Under the pieces are notes generated by a model. It worked only from the letters and a program-made list of their open reading frames with translations, was not told where the DNA came from and did no database searches. This document shows, piece after piece, positions 20,745-30,599 of a DNA stretch of 64,000 nt (position 1 is its first letter; every line of letters begins with the position of its first letter). The stretch is from Nitrospinaceae bacterium (GTDB lineage: Bacteria; Nitrospinota; Nitrospinia; Nitrospinales; Nitrospinaceae). The position numbers were made by a program, and so were the translations under genes. Location: positions 2,432,001 through 2,496,000 of the forward strand of contig OZ245011.1 in the NCBI GenBank assembly GCA_965223665.1, given 5' to 3'.

Positions 20745-21761
20745 ATGATTATAGTGATAAAACCAGGTGCCAAACCTGAAGAAATTCAGGCTATTAAGGA
20801 AAAAATTCATTCTCTAGGGTATAAGACCCATGAAATTGTTGGGGTTGAACGCCAGGTAATTGGTGCCGTAGGGGAAGATCATGGGAAGGATCGCCTTCAA
20901 GTCCTGGAGTCCATGCCTGGAGTAGAAGATGTTATTCCCATTCTTAAACCCTATAAACTTGCTGGTCGAGAAATAAAAAATGCCAACTCTGTTGTGAATT
21001 GCAATGGTTTGGAAGTGGGTGGTAAATCTATTGCGATTATGGCTGGTCCTTGTTCAGTTGAGAGTGAAGAACAGTTGATGACTACGGCAAAGTCGGTTAA
21101 ATCATCTGGAGCTAATATGCTTCGTGGGGGTGCATTTAAACCAAGAACTTCACCTTATAGTTTCCAGGGATTAGAAGAAGAAGGCTTAAAACTTCTCGAC
21201 GCGGCCAAAAAAGAAACGGGTCTTCCAATTGTCACTGAGGTAATGAATCCTCGTGAAGTCGATCTAGTGGCCAAGTATGCCGATGTTCTTCAAGTGGGGG
21301 CCAGAAATGTACAAAACTTTTCCCTTCTAAAAGAATTAGGTCGAGTCGATAAACCGGTCCTTTTAAAGCGGGGAATGATGACAACCATCAAAGAGTTTTT
21401 AATGTCGGCGGAATATATCCTTTCTGAGGGCAATAAAAATGTAATCCTTTGCGAACGCGGGATTCGCACGTTTGAAACAGCCACACGCAATACTTTAGAT
21501 ATAAGCTGCGTTCCGGTATTAAAAAAAGAAACACATTTACCAATAATAATTGATCCCAGTCACGCTACGGGGCACTGGGACTTAGTGGAACCCATGGCAC
21601 GTGCTTCGATTGCTGCTGGTGCTGATGGGCTAATGATCGAGGTCCATCCGGATCCTATCAATGCTTATTCCGACGGACCTCAGTCCCTGAAGCTTGATAA
21701 ATTTGCTCATTTGATTGAAAACATTCGCCCATTCATCAAACTGATGCAAAGAGAGTTGTAA
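20745..21761 (+). CDS. aroF: DAHP synthase, type I-beta with N-terminal regulatory domain
   Basis: AGPCSVES, RGGAFKPRTSPYSFQG, CERGIRTFE and DPSHATG motifs. Confidence 0.95.
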   Translation: MIIVIKPGAKPEEIQAIKEKIHSLGYKTHEIVGVERQVIGAVGEDHGKDRLQVLESMPGVEDVIPILKPYKLAGREIKNANSVVNCNGLEVGGKSIAIMAGPCSVESEEQLMTTAKSVKSSGANMLRGGAFKPRTSPYSFQGLEEEGLKLLDAAKKETGLPIVTEVMNPREVDLVAKYADVLQVGARNVQNFSLLKELGRVDKPVLLKRGMMTTIKEFLMSAEYILSEGNKNVILCERGIRTFETATRNTLDISCVPVLKKETHLPIIIDPSHATGHWDLVEPMARASIAAGADGLMIEVHPDPINAYSDGPQSLKLDKFAHLIENIRPFIKLMQREL

Positions 21762-21908
21762 TCACTCCTAATACTATCCATTGACTTTACTTTTCTTTTT
21801 CCACTTCCTTGAATCCCCTGTAATTTTGATATATTCTGTGACAGAATCTATATTTTTTAAAGAATAGTCCAATTAACTTCTTATAAATTTTGGATTAATT
21901 TATTTGTA

Positions 21909-24641
21909 ATGATTGACCTTTACCTTAGTAACCGCAATCAGGCTAAGGATTATCATTCAGCCCTTTCCTCTGAAATCCTTCAAACGGTTCAACCTGAAAC
22001 TTTACCTAAATTCGATTTAGATAAAGGCCAATCTTATTATCTAGAATTTAAAAACCGAATCCTGAAGATAATTGACAGGGAAACTACCGATCTTCAAAAA
22101 GAACTCTCCCATTCTGAAAATAGCCACCTTCTTTTATTAAAGAGAACCTATCTGGTAGATGCAATTATTCAAGTTAGTTTTAAATCTGCTCTACACTTGT
22201 TAAATCAAACTACTGGTGAAAACCACTTAAAAGAAAATGATCTGCCCCTTGCCATCGTTGCACGAGGGGGTTATGGGCGAGAGGAGATGTATTTTAGATC
22301 TAATGTAGAATTTCAGTTAGTTTTTCGCGCTGACCTCAATATTGAAGAAGAAAAAATAGTCGATGAATTTACTAATTTCTTTAATTATTTGTTTAGCTAT
22401 CAGGAAATTTTTTCAACATCTATAAGCTCAGGGCCATCAGAAATTAATCCAGAAGAACAGGAAATGAATACCGCTCGGTTCGCATCATTTCATTCTTTAT
22501 TAGAACATCGATTGATTGCAGGGAACCATTTGGTCTATAACGAATTCAAGAGTTCCATTAAGACTGCGGCAATATTTCATAAGGATGAAATTCTTCGGGA
22601 ATGCTTGAAACATCGTACTTATTTTGAAATTCAAAATACAGTTTTCAAACAGGAACCCAATATTAAAGAAGAATTACTTCGAGTTTATTGGGCTGTCAGT
22701 GTGGTCAGGATTCGCGAGTCCATCGACAAAACCAATTTGTTCGAATTATTATCTGAACTTTATTCAAAAAATATCTTAAGTTCTCCAGCCTTTAAAAAAA
22801 TGCAAAGCGGTTTAAATTTCCTTTCCAGGGTCCGTCTCTTCTTGCACTGCCATCAACATGGCTCACACAGGGATGAATTAAGCTACGAAGTCAGGGATAA
22901 AATAACCGAATCGATGGGGTACAAGAAAGATGTTAATAAATTTTTCAATGAATATTTTTATCAAGCAGTTTTGCCCCTAAAACGATTAAGCCGCAATATA
23001 TTCTGGGAAAGTGTTTCGTTTCCAACTAGTCAGTCAAAAACACTTAATAAAGTCTTTTGTGTGAACTCAGAGAATCAAATTACTTTTAACGATCCTAAAA
23101 TTTCTTATTCATGGAACCCACCAACCTCGGTATTAGAATTGTTCACTCTGGTATCTCGAAAAAATTACTTTCTGGCCTTTCCCGTAATTCGGTCAATAGA
23201 ATCGAATATTGAGCAAATGTACCCCCTATTTCAGGAAACAGAAAATGCAAAAGCAATCCAGTCATACTTTCAAAATATTATAAAAGGAAAATATTTTGCG
23301 AAAGCCATTCGCTACTTACATGAATTTAATTTATTAGAAAACTTTTTTATTCCTGAGTTTAAAAATTTAACTGGTCTTCTTCAAGATATTTACGTTCACA
23401 TATTCCCTACTGATATTCATATTCTGGCTGCATTAGACGCTCTCAACAAAATTGAAACTGACTCTGAGGTAGATCCGTTTTTAAGTGAACTTTATCAATC
23501 CTTAAAAAATAAAACCATTATTAAACTCTCAGTATTATTACATGACATTGGAAAAGGATTAAAAGCTCCGGGAGAAAATGAAGAACTAATTGGTGCACGG
23601 GCTATCCCACAAATATTAAATAAGTTAGGTTATGGGAATAATAAACGTTTAGTAGAAGATGTTGCCTTTTTAGTTGAAAAGCATCTGATGATGCATGACC
23701 TGATGCTTCTCGATCCGGATGAAGATGAAACTCACAACATGATTTGGGACTTAGTTAACAAAGATGTTGAACGGTTCAAAATGTTAATTTTGTTGACCTA
23801 TGCCGATAGGGCCGGAACAAAAATGAAAATGTCCAAAACCCAAATAGATCAACTCAAATACTTTTATCAAAGTATGTTGTACCATCAAAAGCGAGTAAGT
23901 GTCCCAAATGAAGTCCAGGCAGAATTTTTTAAAATGATCCGTTTGCCAAGAGATCTTCAAGCACATCTACAAATTTATCATCAATTTAAAAATTCAAAGG
24001 ATCAATTTGCAGCAGAATTTTTTTTTAAACCCGAGCAATCTTCTGAGCTAGTGGTTTGCACTAAAGATCAACCCGGTCTTTTATATAAAATTTCTGCTAT
24101 TTTGGCCTTTAATCAACTAAGTATTTCAGAAGCAAATATCCATACTTCTAAAGACAATGTTTTTGATGTTTTTAAGGTTTGTGGCCCAACCAGAGACCCC
24201 ATCGCGTTTTCAAATTTTTCCTACTTACAGAAACAACTTAAAGAAGATTTAAAAAAGGTTTTTGTTGAAAAAACCCCCATTTCCTTATTGTATAAAGACC
24301 GCACCTTAAGCTCAAAATGGGAAGAAGAAAAATTTAAAGAAATAAAGCTTAAAATTGCCATCATTGGTAGAGCGGTAAAAATTGAAACTCATGATATTAT
24401 TGGGACCATAATGTTGGAAACCCAGGTTTTTTCTCAGCTAAATATGGAAATCCAAAGGGCTGTCATACATACCAACTATGGTTCAGCTTCTAATATTTTT
24501 TATTTAAGACCCGAGGATGTTCATACAATTATTAGAGAAGAAAATAAGTTTAAAAACATGTTAAAAAGTTCCTTACAACCTCTTATTCATAACACTCCCA
24601 TTTTTCCGAAAGAATCAACGGGAGTTACTAATACAAAATAG
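21909..24641 (+). CDS. GlnD-like protein (degenerate NTase, HD and ACT domains)
   Basis: ARGGYGREE NTase-like motif, HD motif LLHDIGKG...LTYAD, ACT-like KDQPGLL...AFNQLSISEANIHT. Confidence 0.8.
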   Translation: MIDLYLSNRNQAKDYHSALSSEILQTVQPETLPKFDLDKGQSYYLEFKNRILKIIDRETTDLQKELSHSENSHLLLLKRTYLVDAIIQVSFKSALHLLNQTTGENHLKENDLPLAIVARGGYGREEMYFRSNVEFQLVFRADLNIEEEKIVDEFTNFFNYLFSYQEIFSTSISSGPSEINPEEQEMNTARFASFHSLLEHRLIAGNHLVYNEFKSSIKTAAIFHKDEILRECLKHRTYFEIQNTVFKQEPNIKEELLRVYWAVSVVRIRESIDKTNLFELLSELYSKNILSSPAFKKMQSGLNFLSRVRLFLHCHQHGSHRDELSYEVRDKITESMGYKKDVNKFFNEYFYQAVLPLKRLSRNIFWESVSFPTSQSKTLNKVFCVNSENQITFNDPKISYSWNPPTSVLELFTLVSRKNYFLAFPVIRSIESNIEQMYPLFQETENAKAIQSYFQNIIKGKYFAKAIRYLHEFNLLENFFIPEFKNLTGLLQDIYVHIFPTDIHILAALDALNKIETDSEVDPFLSELYQSLKNKTIIKLSVLLHDIGKGLKAPGENEELIGARAIPQILNKLGYGNNKRLVEDVAFLVEKHLMMHDLMLLDPDEDETHNMIWDLVNKDVERFKMLILLTYADRAGTKMKMSKTQIDQLKYFYQSMLYHQKRVSVPNEVQAEFFKMIRLPRDLQAHLQIYHQFKNSKDQFAAEFFFKPEQSSELVVCTKDQPGLLYKISAILAFNQLSISEANIHTSKDNVFDVFKVCGPTRDPIAFSNFSYLQKQLKEDLKKVFVEKTPISLLYKDRTLSSKWEEEKFKEIKLKIAIIGRAVKIETHDIIGTIMLETQVFSQLNMEIQRAVIHTNYGSASNIFYLRPEDVHTIIREENKFKNMLKSSLQPLIHNTPIFPKESTGVTNTK

Positions 24642-24651
24642 AAAAATACTT

Positions 24652-25311
24652 ATGCAAAGATTTCCTTTATTTGTCTCAATTTTAATTTGCTTCTTAATTA
24701 TTTCTAAAACTGGGTTTTCAGAAAATAATGGGGTCTTGCAGGAAGCTTTGACATTAGATCGCCAGGGATTTATTGAGGAGTCAATCCAAGCATGGAAAAA
24801 GGTACTTGACTCTAAACCAGAAAAAAAAATACACATCTATGCTCAAATTAAATTGTGCATCGCTTATTCCAAATCTTCCATGTTTGGAGACGCTTTAAAA
24901 GAAGCAAAAAACTTAGCTGAAAAATTTCCTAATCAATTCAATGTAGCGTTTAACCTTGGAAATATGTACAGCGCAACCCACCAATATCAACAAGCAATAG
25001 AAGCTTATAAAAAAGTTGTAGAACTACAGCCTAACGAAGGATTAGGTTATGTAGGGTTGGGACTTAGTCTCTTTGGAAATCAAATTGTGGAAGAATCTTT
25101 AGAAACTTTACGTAAAGTTAGGAAGCTCTTTAAAACCCAAAAGAATATTTCCTGGTACCAAAATGTTCGAATTATGATTGGGCAAATTAAAGGATTTGCC
25201 CCCTACCCACCCGATTTTTCGAATTTATGGTTGGCCAACAATCTCCGTGAAATTAGAACCACTTACGAACAAACTATTTTTCGCAACTTTGAAAAACAAC
25301 TAAATCTCTAA
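24652..25311 (+). CDS. Secreted TPR-repeat protein
   Basis: Signal peptide; TPR pattern FNLGNMY...QQAIEAYKKVVELQPN. Confidence 0.8.
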   Translation: MQRFPLFVSILICFLIISKTGFSENNGVLQEALTLDRQGFIEESIQAWKKVLDSKPEKKIHIYAQIKLCIAYSKSSMFGDALKEAKNLAEKFPNQFNVAFNLGNMYSATHQYQQAIEAYKKVVELQPNEGLGYVGLGLSLFGNQIVEESLETLRKVRKLFKTQKNISWYQNVRIMIGQIKGFAPYPPDFSNLWLANNLREIRTTYEQTIFRNFEKQLNL

Positions 25312-25550
25312 TCCAATTTCAAATACCTTTTTCAACTTTAATTAATTTAATTGGGAATTGCCACCATTTTTAAATTTTAAAGACGCTTTTCTAATAAACT
25401 TTTTTCTTAAAAAATATTTAAAGTATCTTAAGACTCCTCAAATCAAAGCTTTTTTATTTTATTTTGTTTTAAACTATCAGGTAAGTAAAGAATCGTATCA
25501 ACACACCCGAACATCTAAATATACAGAAATCTTTGTGGAGGTTAAATAAA

Positions 25551-26360
25551 ATGAATCAAAGCTTCCTCATGTGCCCACCAAAATATTTTGGTGTTCGTTA
25601 TGTAATTAATCCCTGGATGGAAGGTCATTTAGGACAGGTAGATATTAATTTAGCCCAAAATCAATGGGAAGAGTTTTATCAATCTTTAACTCAAAAAGCT
25701 AACGTAAAATTAATAGAACCTAAAACACATGTTCCTGATATGGCATTTACTGCGAATGCCGGGTTAATAATTAAAGACCAATTTGTCCTAAGTCGTTTCA
25801 AGCACCAGGAAAGACGGCGGGAAGAATCTTATTTTGAAAACTGGTTTCAATCCAGATTCCCAAATTTAATCCATATGCCAAAAAATATCTCCTTTGAAGG
25901 AGCTGGTGACGCCCTTTGGCAACCCGGAGAAAATTTACTTTGGATGGCACATGGATTTCGCACAGATATAGAATCTCATAACTTCATATCAAACCAATTC
26001 AACATTAAAATTATTTCTCTAAAATTGATCAACCCTTCCTACTATCACTTAGACACCTGTTTTTGCCCCCTTTTGGACCAACAAATAATGTATTACCCGG
26101 CAGCCTTCGATACAGATTCCCTTAAGTTAATTGAGGGTTATTTCCCTATCGAAAATAGGATTGTTGTTTCCCCCAAAGATGCAGTAAATTTTGCTTGTAA
26201 CGCCGTTTTGGTGGGCAGAGAATTATATCTTAATTTTGCTACCCAAGAATTACAAATGGATCTGAAGTCCAGGGGCTATATCCCAATTGTTCAACCGGTT
26301 GATGAGTTCTTGAAAGCTGGCGGTGGTAACAAATGCCTTACTTTAGGCCTTAATGACTAA
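25551..26360 (+). CDS. Amidinotransferase/pentein-family hydrolase, ArgZ (arginine dihydrolase) N-domain-like
   Basis: GGAGG RBS and ATG at 25551; LMCPP, VINPWM, PDMAFTANAG, FEGAGD, YHLDTCFCP and GGGNKCLTL motifs. Confidence 0.85.
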   Translation: MNQSFLMCPPKYFGVRYVINPWMEGHLGQVDINLAQNQWEEFYQSLTQKANVKLIEPKTHVPDMAFTANAGLIIKDQFVLSRFKHQERRREESYFENWFQSRFPNLIHMPKNISFEGAGDALWQPGENLLWMAHGFRTDIESHNFISNQFNIKIISLKLINPSYYHLDTCFCPLLDQQIMYYPAAFDTDSLKLIEGYFPIENRIVVSPKDAVNFACNAVLVGRELYLNFATQELQMDLKSRGYIPIVQPVDEFLKAGGGNKCLTLGLND

Positions 26361-26468
26361 TCATTTACATTTTGTTAAATTAATTAATATTCCTTATACT
26401 TCCATTTTCGTTTCAATGTTGTAGAATGTAGGTTTTTCCAAACTTTACCCTTTTTGAGTATTAGGTTG

Positions 26469-27383
26469 ATGAAAAAGGACTTTCTAACATTAATGGATTT
26501 TTCAACAGACGAATTGAGCCAAATAATTGGTCTGGCTGAAAACATAAAAAAGTCTCCCCAAGATTACGCTTCTGTTCTTCGTGGAAAATCTTTGGGGATG
26601 ATTTTTGCTAAAAAATCAACTCGTACTCGTATTTCTTTTGAGGTTGGCATTCACCAATTAGGTGGGCAAGCCATTTTTTTAGGCCCTGACGACTTACAGC
26701 TTTCCCGTGGAGAGTCAATTGAAGACACAGCAAAAGTTTTGTCCCGATATTTGCATGGGATAATGATTCGTACTTATTCCCATCAAAATGTTTTGGATTT
26801 AGCAAAATATGCCTCAATTCCTGTGATCAATGGCTTAACCGATTACAATCATCCTTGCCAAGCTCTATCGGATCTCTTCACAATAAAAGAAAAACTGGGT
26901 AATTTAGAGGGTCTGAAATTGGCTTATTTAGGAGATGGAAACAATGTAGCCGTTTCATTATTATTTGCGTGCATCAAGTTTGGGTTAGACGTTTCAATAA
27001 TTAGCCCAAAAGGTTACACCATTAATAAAGAGGTAATCAGTCTGATTACTAATACAGACCATAAGAAAAAATCGAATGTGCTCATTACTGATAACATTGC
27101 CGAAGGGATAAAAAATGCCCATATTGTCTATACTGATGTTTGGGCAAGCATGGGTCAAGAGGAAGAACACTCCAAACGGGTAAAAGATTTGGCTAAATAT
27201 TCTGTAACCGATGATATTATGAAGCAGGCTGATTCAGAAGCTATTTTTATGCATTGTTTGCCAGCCCATCGAGGAGAAGAAGTCAGCGCATCTGTGATTG
27301 ACGGAAAATCTTCCATTGTTTTTGATCAGGCAGAAAACCGACTGCATCTTCAAAAAAGTATTATGGCAACTTTAATAAATTAA
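26469..27383 (+). CDS. argF: Ornithine carbamoyltransferase
   Basis: STRTRISF, HPCQ, DVWASMG, HCLP and QAENR motifs. Confidence 0.96.
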   Translation: MKKDFLTLMDFSTDELSQIIGLAENIKKSPQDYASVLRGKSLGMIFAKKSTRTRISFEVGIHQLGGQAIFLGPDDLQLSRGESIEDTAKVLSRYLHGIMIRTYSHQNVLDLAKYASIPVINGLTDYNHPCQALSDLFTIKEKLGNLEGLKLAYLGDGNNVAVSLLFACIKFGLDVSIISPKGYTINKEVISLITNTDHKKKSNVLITDNIAEGIKNAHIVYTDVWASMGQEEEHSKRVKDLAKYSVTDDIMKQADSEAIFMHCLPAHRGEEVSASVIDGKSSIVFDQAENRLHLQKSIMATLIN

Positions 27384-27510
27384 TAAGAATTTGATTAACT
27401 TAACTCTTATTAGATAGGGATTGATTTTAAAGGCTCGACTTAATTGCAGAATTCAAATTTTTGAGGCTGGATTTAGTTGAGAATATTTTAATATACATAT
27501 AGGAGAAATA

Positions 27511-28116
27511 ATGAGCTTAGTAGATCCTTCCAATTTGGTGTGGATGGACTTAGAAATGACCGGTCTTAACCCGGAAATCGAAGTTATAATTGAAATTGCA
27601 ACCATTGTTACTGATAAAGAATTAAATATTCTGGAAGAAGGACCCACTTTAGTAATTCATCAAAAAAATGAAATTTTAGACCGTATGGACGAGTGGAATC
27701 AAAAAACTCATACGGCATCTGGTCTAGTAGATAGAGTTAGACAATCGAAGATCACCGCTGCACAAGCGGAAACCATGACTTTAGATTTTATAAAAAAATA
27801 TGTTCCTCACAATACTTCTCCACTTTGCGGAAATTCTGTAGGTCAAGACCGAAAATTTTTGGATAAGTATATGAAAGAAATTTCAGATTTTTTACATTAC
27901 CGAAATGTTGATGTGACTTCTATTAAAGAACTGATTAAAAGATGGTATCCAAATGGCCCTAAGCCTCCTAAAAAAAGTGATGCCCATTTGGCACTTATCG
28001 ATATAAGAGAATCCATTGAAGAATTAGTTTTTTATAGACAACATTATTTTCATAATGGTATGGCAATGGTCGGTAAAGATGAAACTCTAGAAAAACAGGG
28101 AACAGAAGATGAGTAA
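27511..28116 (+). CDS. orn: Oligoribonuclease
   Basis: LVWMDLEMTGL, PLCGNSVGQDRKFL, HYRNVDVTSIKEL and HLALIDIRESI motifs. Confidence 0.95.
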   Translation: MSLVDPSNLVWMDLEMTGLNPEIEVIIEIATIVTDKELNILEEGPTLVIHQKNEILDRMDEWNQKTHTASGLVDRVRQSKITAAQAETMTLDFIKKYVPHNTSPLCGNSVGQDRKFLDKYMKEISDFLHYRNVDVTSIKELIKRWYPNGPKPPKKSDAHLALIDIRESIEELVFYRQHYFHNGMAMVGKDETLEKQGTEDE

Positions 28117-28378
28117 AGGAACAATTTTGAGTGTTGTTTTTTTTGCAGTGATCGCCTATCTTTCCATCTCGATGATTTGGACAGGAAGTAAATACGAATG
28201 CGAGGTTTGTATTAATTACAACGGATTTGATGTATGCCAAACAGTTGAGGGGATGGAAAAACAAGGAACCATTGAAAACGGAATAAGTACCGCCTGCGCA
28301 GGAGCGGCTAATGGAAGAACCGAATCCATGGAATGTGGTGCCACCCCTCCAACTAAAGTGATGTGTAAAGAACTATGA
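28109..28378 (+). CDS. Small membrane-anchored Cys-rich protein
   Basis: N-terminal TM followed by six Cys (CEVC...C...C...C...C); overlaps the orn stop. Confidence 0.7.
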   Translation: MSKGTILSVVFFAVIAYLSISMIWTGSKYECEVCINYNGFDVCQTVEGMEKQGTIENGISTACAGAANGRTESMECGATPPTKVMCKEL

Positions 28379-28389
28379 TTTAATCCGGT

Positions 28390-29103
28390 CTATGAAACCT
28401 CTCCACAAATCATGTGGTAAACTTCTTGATACTTTTCTTCTACATTTCCTAAATCAAACCGAAATCGGTCCTTATCCATTTTTTCATTAGTGTCCCAATG
28501 CCATAACCGACAACCATCCGGGCTGATTTCATCACCCAGTAAAATTTCTCCCTTGTAACGACCAAACTCTAATTTGAAATCTACAAGTCGAATTTTCCTT
28601 TCTTTTAAATAATTCCATAATAATTCGTTTATCTTAAACCCCCATTTTGTCAAAATGGCTATCTCTTGCTCATTGGCTAATCCAAACTCTAAAATGTGAT
28701 AATTGTTTATCATGGGATCACCAAGATCATCGTTTTTGTAATAGAATTCGAGAATGGGTTCATTCAATTCTTTACCTTCGGGCAACCCCATACGTTTAGC
28801 CAGGCTCCCTGCAACCACATTACGAAGCACCACTTCTACCAATATTATATCCAGCTTTTTCACTAACACTTCGCGGTCATTTAATGCTTCTACCATATGC
28901 GTTTTTACGCCCTGCCCTTCCAAATATTTATAAAGTGTTGTGGACACATGGTTGTTGACTACTCCCTTATCGACGACAGTCCCCTTTTTGATCCCATTAA
29001 AAGCACTGGCATCATCTTTGAAATACTGAATCACCAAATCCGGATTTTCAGTGGAATAAAGAATCTTTGATTTGCCTTCGTATAACTTTTCTAATCTTTT
29101 CAT
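28390..29103 (-). CDS. purC: SAICAR synthetase
   Basis: LYEGKSK, FKDDASAFNG, LVDFKLEFG and DEISPDGCRLW motifs. Confidence 0.97.
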   Translation of the reverse strand: MKRLEKLYEGKSKILYSTENPDLVIQYFKDDASAFNGIKKGTVVDKGVVNNHVSTTLYKYLEGQGVKTHMVEALNDREVLVKKLDIILVEVVLRNVVAGSLAKRMGLPEGKELNEPILEFYYKNDDLGDPMINNYHILEFGLANEQEIAILTKWGFKINELLWNYLKERKIRLVDFKLEFGRYKGEILLGDEISPDGCRLWHWDTNEKMDKDRFRFDLGNVEEKYQEVYHMICGEVS

Positions 29104-29114
29104 AAATATAGGTA

Positions 29115-30404
29115 CTAAAAAATTCGATCAAATATATTATCTACATTTTTAAGATGATTTTTTAAACTAAACGCTTTATCAATTTCTTTAGGGCTTAAAT
29201 GTTTTTTTATTTCTTTATCTTTTTTCAATAAAGAAATAAAATTACCACCCTTTTCCCATACCCTCATCGCATTTCGTTGAACCATTCGGTAAGCAACATC
29301 CCGGGTAATCCCTTTTTGAGTTAACGCCAAAAGAATATGTTCAGAAAAAATTAATCCCCCTGTTTTTTCTAAATTCTTTTTCATATTATCGGGATATACC
29401 AAGAGATTTTTCACCAAAGAAACCATCTTGGTCAACATATAGTGGATTAAAATAGTACTATCGGGTCCAATCACCCGCTCTACCGAGGAATGACTGATAT
29501 CTCTCTCATGCCAAAGTGGCATATTTTCTAATGCGGCAAGTGCATTCCCACGAATCAGCCTTGATAACCCCGACATCTGTTCTGAAACAACTGGATTCCT
29601 TTTATGAGGCATCGCAGATGATCCTTTTTGTCCTTTTGAAAAAAATTCTTCCGCTTCAAGGACTTCCGTGCGCTGCAAATGTCTTATTTCAGTAGCTATT
29701 TTATCTATGGTCCCAGCTAAAACTGCTAACGTGGTAAAAAATTCAGCGTGACGATCCCTTTGAATTACTTGACTAGAAACTGAAGCTGGTTTGAGTTTTA
29801 GCTTTTTACAAACATGAATTTCAACCTCAAGATCAAGGCTTGCAAAAACTCCAACGGCACCTGAAATTTGGCCGAAAGCAATATTGGTTCTTGCCCGTTT
29901 TACTCGTTCGAGATTCCGCCGCATTTCTTCATGCCAGTTGGCCAATTTTAGCCCAAAGGTTGTTGGTTCTGCATGAATTCCATGCGATCGCCCTACTACT
30001 GGAGTGTATTTAAATTCCAAGGCTCGGTTTTTAAGAACAGCCAGAAATTCTTTTATTTTTTTTATTATAAGATCCGCCGCGTCCCTCAATTGAACTGCCA
30101 GTGCAGTATCCAAAACATCAGAAGACGTCATTCCTAAATGCATAAAACGAGCAGAATCTCCCACATGTTCAGCAACTGAAGTGAGAAAAGCAATCACATC
30201 ATGTTTCACTTCTTTTTCAATTTCATTAATGCGGTCAATATCAAATCCACCCCTTTTTTTCATTTCTGCAACAGCAGATTTGGGTATTTTTCCTGAATCT
30301 GCCATAGCTTCACAGGCCGAAATCTCTATGGCAAGCCAAATACGGAATTTGTTTTCGGGTGTCCAAATGGCCGCCATTTCTGGAAGTGTATATCTCTCAA
30401 TCAA
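29115..30404 (-). CDS. purB: Adenylosuccinate lyase
   Basis: MIERY start (TTG); HDVIAF, GRSHGIHAEP and GSSAMPHKRNP motifs. Confidence 0.97.
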   Translation of the reverse strand: MIERYTLPEMAAIWTPENKFRIWLAIEISACEAMADSGKIPKSAVAEMKKRGGFDIDRINEIEKEVKHDVIAFLTSVAEHVGDSARFMHLGMTSSDVLDTALAVQLRDAADLIIKKIKEFLAVLKNRALEFKYTPVVGRSHGIHAEPTTFGLKLANWHEEMRRNLERVKRARTNIAFGQISGAVGVFASLDLEVEIHVCKKLKLKPASVSSQVIQRDRHAEFFTTLAVLAGTIDKIATEIRHLQRTEVLEAEEFFSKGQKGSSAMPHKRNPVVSEQMSGLSRLIRGNALAALENMPLWHERDISHSSVERVIGPDSTILIHYMLTKMVSLVKNLLVYPDNMKKNLEKTGGLIFSEHILLALTQKGITRDVAYRMVQRNAMRVWEKGGNFISLLKKDKEIKKHLSPKEIDKAFSLKNHLKNVDNIFDRIF

Positions 30405-30599
30405 TATAATTTCCTTTCAAAAAAGTGGTGAAAATGTGGGTTGCCGGAGATGTCGCAGTATTTTAAAATAAGAACAAGCATACAGGATCGCCTGTTCAAA
30501 ATAAAAGCGTTTCTTGAGCCCTTCTTTTAGTAATGCTCTTAGTTTTATTACCTACGTAATTGGGCCATCTTAAACTTTCTTTACTTTCAAATCAATCAT

